From Epithemia pelagica (lineage: Eukaryota; Protista; Bacillariophyta), in contig OX337238.1 in the NCBI GenBank assembly GCA_946965045.2, forward strand, positions 2,108,001 through 2,172,000: a stretch of 64,000 nucleotides of DNA, read 5' to 3'. Under the pieces are notes generated by a model. The model was not told the DNA's origin and did not search any database. It saw nothing but the letters and a program-made list of their open reading frames with translations. The position numbers and the translations under genes are program-made. Positions 55,757 through 64,000 of the stretch are shown piece after piece; positions within the stretch are counted from its first letter, which is position 1; every line of letters starts with the position of its first letter.

Positions 55757-56713
55757 ATGGCTGACAATCCAGAGGACCAACCGGAGGATGAATCGGGAGA
55801 TGAATCGGAGGAAGAAGAATCGGAGGAAGAAGATTTTTATGTTCGGGAACGTAGACGACGACGAGAAATGCGGGCGATCAACGACAGGAACTTGGAAGTG
55901 AATGATCGGCCTTGTTTCAGGGACGCTGGGAGGATCTTTTTTGATTACGATAATGAAGAAGAAGATGTACCACAAGTCATAGAACAACTCAGAGAAGAGA
56001 TGCGTGTCGGTCATGAAATCCAGACTGAATTCAAACGGTTGGTGGACGAAATGCTTAGAGGCGAGAAACTCTGTCCATACTGTGTTATCCTTGGTCGTCC
56101 CACACCACATCACCAGTGCAATCATGGAAATACTACAGTGGTAACACGTGCGGCATATCTCGATTATTCAGTTATCTGGCAGCAGAATTTTTTGATGCGT
56201 TGTAACTTATGTCACCGCCACAGGCATCCAACATTTCATTGTCAGGTGTGTAGGGAATGTTTCCGAATTCCCGAACGCTCAATACCTTTTGGGATTCCAC
56301 AACCAGATTTGGATTCATGCAGTGTCTGTGTGGAATCTGAGAACAAGCACTTCGTGTGGCAGTTCTGTATGCTCATACGCCATATTGTGGCGCGTACTTT
56401 TCAAATAACATCATTTTACGATGGTGTGAACTTTCCCCGTCAAATCACCTGGCCAATGTTTACTATTGTCCGCAGCGTTTGGCTTGAGGAATTGCGATCC
56501 CGTTTCTATTTTGATGATAACGATTGTGCCCCATACGATTATGCCCGAGCATCTGATAAAACATGGGCAGTATGGTTGCTTTCGTTGCCTCATTCTACGG
56601 CTGGTTTTCGCAACTACATGCCACTCTTTGTCAGGTGCTTCCGTAATTGTCTCGAAAGAATGGCTGAGACGGCGGAGTTGGAACGTGGAAATATGGATGG
56701 TAATGATCATTGA
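55757..56713 (+). CDS. Hypothetical Cys/His-rich protein (paralog A)
   Basis: Acidic N-terminus; CPYC, CNLC and CQVC pairs; motifs NKHFVWQFC and WAVWLLS..NYMPLF. Confidence 0.65.
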   Translation: MADNPEDQPEDESGDESEEEESEEEDFYVRERRRRREMRAINDRNLEVNDRPCFRDAGRIFFDYDNEEEDVPQVIEQLREEMRVGHEIQTEFKRLVDEMLRGEKLCPYCVILGRPTPHHQCNHGNTTVVTRAAYLDYSVIWQQNFLMRCNLCHRHRHPTFHCQVCRECFRIPERSIPFGIPQPDLDSCSVCVESENKHFVWQFCMLIRHIVARTFQITSFYDGVNFPRQITWPMFTIVRSVWLEELRSRFYFDDNDCAPYDYARASDKTWAVWLLSLPHSTAGFRNYMPLFVRCFRNCLERMAETAELERGNMDGNDH

Positions 56714-56774
56714 CATATATTATAAATCTTGTTATCTGTTCCCAGTTTGCCTTTCGAAGAAGTCGAGAGTTTGT

Positions 56775-57902
56775 TTAATACAATGGTTTCGATGAAGACA
56801 TCAAGGCTGTGTAACAATGACGGAAGAACGGCATGTAATTGTAGTATCGACCGAAAGACATGGAGACAAGCCATTTAGACCAGGAGTCTTGGTCAAGAAC
56901 ATGACAAAATGGAGATGTGTACTGAGAAGACTCCATCGGATCTCGCAGTTCGTTGTACATCAACTCTGTTGCGTTTTTGATAATATCCTGTGCATGTTTG
57001 GGAATCGTGCCTGGTCCTTTGCAATTGGGCTTCAATTGTGAGTACACCAACGCCCGTCCAGCAATATGACAGAATCGCCAGACGAAGTACTTGTTGCAAG
57101 AGTTCCAACAACCATGCGAGAAGACGCATTCTGAATAAGAATTGCATGGCCTTAAGCAAGATTTACACACCAATGGAACCTTGTTTATGTCTGATTCTTC
57201 GCGTGTGATATTCATCGAATCATGGATATACAGGGCTTCGGTGCAACAACGTTCATTCCCACCTGAATCACATCCGTTCATGGGCACTCCACAACCATAA
57301 CAACAATCGGCACATGAGAGAGATTTACCGAAGCGATGCCAACATTTTCCTGTAAGTCTACGATCTGTTGAAAGGTTGTCGGTTACAAAACACCAAGGAC
57401 AGACTGGCTCTGGGGGAACATCATTGGATCCATAGATTTTATTGACAAGCTCAGTGAACCGAATAACTTCGAGATGCAGCTTATCTCGGTTTGCTCTTGG
57501 TTTACACATTGGAGGAGAGTCATGTAATAGCAAGATTGGAATAGTAGATGGATCGGCAACCTTGAGCTTCTTCTTATATGGGTTTGGGATCAACTGATAC
57601 GATGGGCGCTTGATTGGTGGAAGTTTCTTCTCCTCTTCTTCCTTGGTATCAAGCTTAGAAGACGGAAGTGGATGACATTTGATTATTGATTTGGACGCAG
57701 GCGGTGGCTTCTTGTCATGTTCACCGTCGCAAGTTTTCGGGGTTGGAGAGTGCGTTTTGACCATGGGGGTCTCTATTTCCTCTAGCTCGTATGGGTTGAT
57801 CATCATTTCTTCATTAGATGGAGGTATCTTTGTGACTGGAAAGTTTGGTTTGACCACCAAGGGTGGAACTGTTTTCTTCCTCGATTTGTATGGGTTGATC
57901 AT
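56775..57902 (-). CDS. Hypothetical Cys/His-rich protein (paralog B), convergent with A
   Basis: CPWC, CADCC and CKSC; motifs NKYFVWRFC and WSKWLVS..NYMPFF; three NPY repeats in the N-terminus. Confidence 0.65.
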   Translation of the reverse strand: MINPYKSRKKTVPPLVVKPNFPVTKIPPSNEEMMINPYELEEIETPMVKTHSPTPKTCDGEHDKKPPPASKSIIKCHPLPSSKLDTKEEEEKKLPPIKRPSYQLIPNPYKKKLKVADPSTIPILLLHDSPPMCKPRANRDKLHLEVIRFTELVNKIYGSNDVPPEPVCPWCFVTDNLSTDRRLTGKCWHRFGKSLSCADCCYGCGVPMNGCDSGGNERCCTEALYIHDSMNITREESDINKVPLVCKSCLRPCNSYSECVFSHGCWNSCNKYFVWRFCHIAGRALVYSQLKPNCKGPGTIPKHAQDIIKNATELMYNELRDPMESSQYTSPFCHVLDQDSWSKWLVSMSFGRYYNYMPFFRHCYTALMSSSKPLY

Positions 57903-58098
57903 TGTTTGAAGAGGAGTAGAATAGCCTTACTGACTGAAGACTGAGGATGACTTTTGGAAAACGATGGAAAGTATCTACTATTTCATCCAATTTGTGTGTG
58001 ACACTCTGAGTTGAATTGGTCGGCTCGCGTACGGTTGGGGGGGGAGATTAGGAGGGGAGTGCTGGTATGTGACAACCCCCCATAGAGGCAAATTATGA

Positions 58099-61000
58099 TC
58101 ATGACGTCGAATTGCTAACGGATTGTTTCAATCTTTCTTTCATTTCATTACAGCGTTTCTCGAGATTGTCACGGGCACTTTCATTGAATTCGGAAGCCCA
58201 TTCTTTGATGTTGCGTACGGCCCAGACATTGTCACTAAAGTTTCTCAAATTACGACTGTCTTCTTGGAGTAAATCTTTTTCAAGTGAAGAATGGAAATAT
58301 GTTGGGATAGAATCACGGTCTTGAATCATTTCTGGGTTCTCATCCACTACACCAACAACCTCAACAATATTCCGGAGTGGAACCATGACAATTTCAGCTA
58401 TTCGATGTAGGTCAAAACGCTTACGCCATTTTTGAAAGAGAACGGATGATTTCTCGATATCAGCTGTACTCCGTACATATGTTGTTCGGAGAAGGACATG
58501 GGTCATCTCGGGTGAAGTTGAAGGTTGACATACCGGTGATGGTTGCATTTGTATGTGGTCTGTTCGAGTAATGGGTATTTGAATGAAGCATATCGTTTGA
58601 CATAGGATGGTATCAAATTCTCCAAGAGGTTGGTTGTATACCTCATCAAGAGGTTTCCTTTTTTTCTTTGGAACTTTAGCCATCACCCAATCTCTCCATG
58701 GCCCCTCGCTTTGATAATTCGGATGAGCCCGTATATTTCCTATCCTGGGGTCTTCGAACTTAAGTTCTGTGCTCCCGAACAATTCCAGTGTGGTTGAAGT
58801 CTCATTTGTTGGATCATCACTCATCCCGTCTATATGATGAAAAAAGCGTTTGTAATGTAATCGAAAGAAGTGATTACAAAACTGTGGCAATGTCATGTCA
58901 TGATTTGTTTTGGAATGGAATTCGATATTCACTGATACCACATCCTCCTCGTGTGGTGCTGCTGTCAATCGCCTGTGTACACTATTCGTCTGGTTTCGGT
59001 TTGATCCGTCTTGTTCTTTTCTGGTCGTGCCTGGAACTTGAATCGACATACCCAATGGAGACGGAAGATCCTTGTCTATTTCATCTGATGACTGGTCTTG
59101 ATTATCACCAGAAGTATGTACGTTCGTGTGAGGTACTGGAATCAAACATTTTTCTCTGGTCATGGATACTACTATGACCGTTCCACGGCTATTCGAGGTT
59201 GATGTGGTAGGGAGTTGGTTTTGGGATCCCTTTTTTCTCCTTATTTCATAAGGCGACTTCCCTTCCTGGAGAAAGGTGACATGATCTTCTTCAAGACCTG
59301 TTGCTTCCTGCAGCATTTCCAAGCTTTGCATCCACCAGATATTTTCTGCAAGTTGCGACTCAAAAATTCCTTTTCCACGTTTCTGTACCGTTTTTGCATT
59401 CAATTTCACAATTTCCTTATGATTACTTTCCTCTGACTCCACATCAAGCAGTCGTGCTGGTCCAAAATTCTGAATCTGTTGTATAATGTGTATGAGATTG
59501 TGGAATTTTGGTATCATCCACCCGTTGGACATCAATTTGCCTTTTTTATCGAGCCTGGGTGCATATCTCCTGATGCCATCCATCAAAATCCGCACTGATT
59601 CGAGAGACTTGGATGCTGTTGTTTGTCCTTCTTGTGAGTCTGGGTCTGTTTCCCAGAATGTATCCATACGAATCCAGCTGTTGAAACACAAAAGAGTCTC
59701 GAATAGATGCAGGAAGTTTATGTATGGTTCCCGCTCATCAACATCCCAGATAGACCTGTAAGCAACTGGGTCATCATCAAAAACAGTTTCAGCTGTGATA
59801 TCAATGTCAACACTATCATCATCATCAAGACGTGTACGTTCGTACTCTTCATCTGGTGGAGTATCATCCTCATTGTCAGCAATAGGTTCACTTGTCTCTT
59901 GCACTTGATCCAAGTCCGCTTGACATGTCTTGTTGGTGGTTTTGGATGTTTGCTTTGCTTGTCGTTTTTTCCATTCCGCAACCACCTTGTTCCATTTCTT
60001 TGCCATATTTTTCGCGAATATAAGGCGACCTCTGGCAGTGGCACATAGAGCTGCTGAAGCAAACATGATCCCAACCCACTCATTGGCAGTTACTTTTGAC
60101 AGGTTACTGATCCCGGTCGAGAATGATGTTCCGGGATATCCAAGTTTCGATGAATACGAGAATACAGTCTGTCTACTTGCCCGAAAGATTGAATTGTAGA
60201 CATAATCAAACATGGCCCGTTCAGTTTTTGTCATCAACGTGAAAAAGTCAATCATGATGTATCTCATTATCCCAGATTTCAATGTATGAAGAACATCACA
60301 ACTACTGGCCGAGAAAATCCCATGTTCAGAATTGGTTCCTTCACCCAGGTAAACCTTGGAAAAACAAAGATCGACTGCATATTGTCCCATGTCATGCAAT
60401 TGGGTTTTTGCAGCTGACACAAGAGTATTGACCCCTCCATCTCTGCTATTTTCTTGACTTACTTGCGATGTGCTCAAACAGGTAGGAACAGTCAAAGTCG
60501 AAAATGTATCATTGTCTCTCTCTTGGTAATCAACATCCTGTTCAGTCAGTTTTTCTCGATTTTCATTAAGACCCAATGCATTCAAGCACATTTTGTATGT
60601 ACTTGCAGCATTGATATAAGAACATTCATGTCATGGGTATCTGCTATCCCTTGGTTTAATGTTGCAACACCATGATAGTCTTCCAACACTTGGATGATGC
60701 GAGGCATACCGACCTGCAAGGTTATCCTGAGACTTCCCGTCTCCTTTGACAACAATCATTGGCAATATCAAACGGACAACTTTGATAATCCCATGGAGAC
60801 GTAGTTTCATCCATAAACCTTCCTGTTTTTGGATACTGACAAGACCTTCGAGGATCTTAGTCAATTGAGCATGATAATTTCGGCAAGGAGTCCCTTTATC
60901 GAGGATATGTTTTGCCGCTGATGATTTTCTTTCCATGTCTGTAATAGTCCCAAGGATGATCTGTCGCCTTGCTTTCCTCATTTGTGTTTCCGTTAGAAAA

Positions 61001-61956
61001 GATGGCACCATTACAACAGGCTCCGATGTATATCTTCCATCCCCTGTTGCATGTGTTTTGTCCATATAACAGACAAGACCAACCACGAAGGCATCTGGAT
61101 CATCTCTATATTTTTCCACTGTTTTCCGAAATACTTCTCCGTCTTGTATATTTTGGATGTGCTTGTTTGGAACATATGGACGATACGGATCGTCATCATC
61201 GAGGATCGTATTTTCTTTCTTGGTTGCATCGGGATCTTGTAATACACGCTGTAGTTGACTGATCAAATCAAATACTGGTGTTGTTATTGATTTCTCACTC
61301 TCTGGTACAACCACACCCTGTTTTTGGGTGAATTCCATTGGTACCGGGAAAAATTTGGCCTTGGGATAATTGAAACCTTTGGAAGAAAACTTTTCGATGA
61401 ACGTTTTCCTCTTTGAATGGTTGTCCAGGAAGAACCCAGGACCGCATCTTGAGTATGTGTCACTCGACCATGCCAGGATCGAATTGTACAAATATTTGGG
61501 GCAACCAGCTTTCCGAAGTAACATCATAAGTGAGACCAAGGCTGCATCGTGTTTATGAAGTTTCAATTGCTTCCCATCTCTATCGAGGAACGCAGGAAAA
61601 TCAACCGGGCACTCCTTGCTGTTGCGCGGAATAATATTATCTGTATCACCAGGTACATAGTATGCTTTTGGTGGGTCAGCATGCGGAATAGTGGTTTCAT
61701 CGTCCATGATATCAATATTCATTGGATCAGCATTCATATTACTGGCACAATCATTGTTGTCATCGCCAACATTTGGCCATTTCCTTTGGGTGTTCATTTT
61801 CAATTCACAAACTGTTTCGTGACGGCTGATTCCTCTTGCATCGAAACGTGATTGACAGAAACGACACACTTGAAAGGATATGAAGGACTCCTCTTGTTGG
61901 TTTGTATTTGAGCATCTCTTTTGCAACTTCTTTTTTACTTTACGACGCTGGCCCAT
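58099..61956 (-). pseudogene. Plavaka-family transposase with one in-frame TGA (60633..60631)
   Basis: N-terminal CRFC..H Zn finger; CYMDKT..EPV, VKGDGKSQ, CDVLHTLKSG, PKFHNLIHIIQQIQNFG..EESNHK and RAHPNY..WRDW motifs. Both ORFs share one frame (YP*HEC). Confidence 0.8.
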
Positions 61957-62520
61957 GATGGTACGATGCTGGTGGTTTTAGATTTTGGTTTGTAATGAAA
62001 AATGCTCTGTAATCGATTTCTGCAAATTGAGACATCGGTGGTCAATCTTGTGGCATATATCAGAATTTCTCCGCATTGGGTGGATCGGCCGACGTTGGTG
62101 CATAAAAGCGACTGAAAATCGCTTATGTACATGAACGGATCATAATATTTTCAAACGGTCGTGTGTATTTACTTAATCCAATCCAGCCTGCCGGGTTAGA
62201 TACCAACGGTGATAGCAGCGATTGGAATTCAAACACTGTGTCAATGCCGAGGATACCGACACTGTCGACATTAGAAAGGAAATGACAATCATTCAAACCC
62301 ATGTACCAATGTTCCATCTGACAAGTATGATGTACTTGAAACCACCTATGCTCATCTTCATACGTTCTCTAAACGACCATCGTTCAAACACAGAGTTTAT
62401 GATTCAAACATGGAGCATTCCAGCGTTTGAATTTGAATGGTTGTCCATCAGAGGTCTTGTTGTCACCCTGCTCTTGTTCACGTCCTTGTCATAAATCAGA
62501 CGGAGCATCCAAGATAAACG

Positions 62521-63751
62521 ATGGCAGGAGTCACCACCAGAAATGCAGCTCCAACGAGGCGTCGACCCTTAGCAGTCCGAAATGCAAACTATGGAAGTAA
62601 TCAGAAAGAGGTTGAACGACAACGAAGAAGCATCTTGGCAGCAGTGGCAACAAGAAATAAAGAGAATCTTCCTAACAAGGACGGGACAATTACAAACAAA
62701 GATGCTCTTATTGCAGCAGCCAATGGAGGTTTAGTACTCCAAGAAGATAGTTCTGATGACGAGGAAGAAGAGGAACAGATCTCGATGAACAACGATCAAG
62801 CACAAGCACAAGAAGGCACAACTGTGGAAGGGAGTGGTAATCTTTTGGAGCAGGCAACAAATTCAGAAAGAGATGGAGCCGATGTGACTTCAGCAGATGA
62901 TAGCAATAATGAACAGGGTGGGCTGAGAACACAACCATCATCTGGTTTTGCGCAACCAACAAACACGGCAGTTAATAACATGGAGGAGGACGACGTCGGT
63001 GTAAATATTCTCACTGGACCTGAAATGCAACGAGCATTGCAGAATATGGGCAATGGACCCAGTGAGTATGATGGAGATGATTTTGATCCTAATGAGAGAC
63101 ATTTTCCTGCTGGAGGACTTGTCAGTAAGTTGTTAGATGCACAAAATAGAGGAGGACAATTTGTCGGTGAGACGGCTCTAATGACGGGGGTGTTTGTGGG
63201 TTGAATGCATCAGGTGATACCTTTGCTAACGACGTTTCTTCCCTTTCGGATATGTCGTCATCTTCATCATCTACTTTGCTAACAACAGGGCCTGATCAGG
63301 CGATGGAAACTCTTCTACAAGACGATATTCAAAATCAGTTGGCACAGGAAACACAGACAACAACAGTACACCATAATCAATCATCTTGCCCGACAAGTAC
63401 GATTGTAACATCCACTACACACAAAGGTTCTGTCGAAAAGGACAAGAATAAGAAGCAAAAGCCGAAGAAAAAGCCTGAGGTGGTATCGGAGAAGTTCTTT
63501 GATACATTTGTTCGGAAGGTGGCATGGCGTTATGTCAAGTATTTCTCCATGTCCGAAGATACTAAGGCAGATCCGAATGGTCTTTGGGGGAAGTATGGCA
63601 AAACATATTTTACTGAGCACTATTTCAAAGGCAAAGGCATTACGGATGCAAAACAACAAGAGGAGTGGTGGATTGAACATTCACCTTATATGCTTGACAA
63701 GTTCCGAAGCAAACGATCAAATGTTCTGGCTTCCATGCGAAAAGCATTTAT
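62521..63751 (+). CDS. Hypothetical transposon-associated protein, probably multi-exon and continuing past the window
   Basis: Two ORFs that can be joined by a possible 47-nt GT..AG intron (63167..63213); a helical C-terminal region (FVRKVAWRYVKYF..KFRSKRSNVLASMRKAF) is followed by a gtaagt donor near 63752. Confidence 0.45.
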
Positions 63752-64000
63752 AAGTAAGTGTCAATCGAAGAGTGAATGTGTTGGTTCATCATGTCGTCTT
63801 CTCATAAAGAGATGTGAGATAATTTGTTGCTGAATCTAGAACATGTGGGTCTTGATCTATGGCGTGACAGTAATTTCCAGCGGAGGTATCCATGCCTTTT
63901 GAACGACTGTGAAGACTTTGGGCCAATGCCTACCCTGGAAGAATTTCTGTTATTGAGAGGAGAGAAGTGTGACAACTATGCCTATTCATATCTCTTGCAA

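Larger units (their letters stand above)
46575..64000. mobile_element. Putative large Plavaka-type (CMC/EnSpm-related) DNA transposon, right end outside the window
   Basis: Abrupt junction inside E4 gag, motif-rich subterminal DNA and a repeat array, then cargo ORFs and a Plavaka-like transposase. No second terminus is available to confirm TIRs. Confidence 0.55.

Overview
Eukaryotic nuclear DNA, most likely a pennate diatom (inferred from CoDi-type copia elements, an ASAF-like plastid-targeting motif and gene content). 1-16.3 kb is gene-rich: a divergent R-SNARE, an RCC2-like gene, an intron-containing tRNA-Asp, a 2OG-Fe(II) oxygenase, two Crinkler-like REase-kinase genes, a BioD/DRTGG protein and a PP2A catalytic pseudogene. 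16.3-46.6 kb is a nest of four Ty1/copia LTR retroelements interleaved with a ~3 kb tandem duplication of an NTPase-REase gene. 46.6-64 kb looks like the left part of a large Plavaka-type DNA transposon carrying a RING-RING-TET/JBP-like dioxygenase gene and two paralogous Cys-rich ORFs. Most notable: (1) copia element E1 has no tRNA primer-binding site (PBS); its PBS is a perfect 14-nt complement of a sequence starting 1 nt after an initiator motif in its own LTR, suggesting Tf1-like self-priming in a copia element; (2) the neighbouring elements have half-tRNA-iMet and apparent half-tRNA-Ile PBSs, so three priming modes sit side by side; (3) two divergent elements separate gag and pol by an in-frame TGA in the same TCC-TGA-TGG-RGT context. 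All analysis was by eye with no database searches, so novelty is unverified and isolated indels or stops could be assembly errors.
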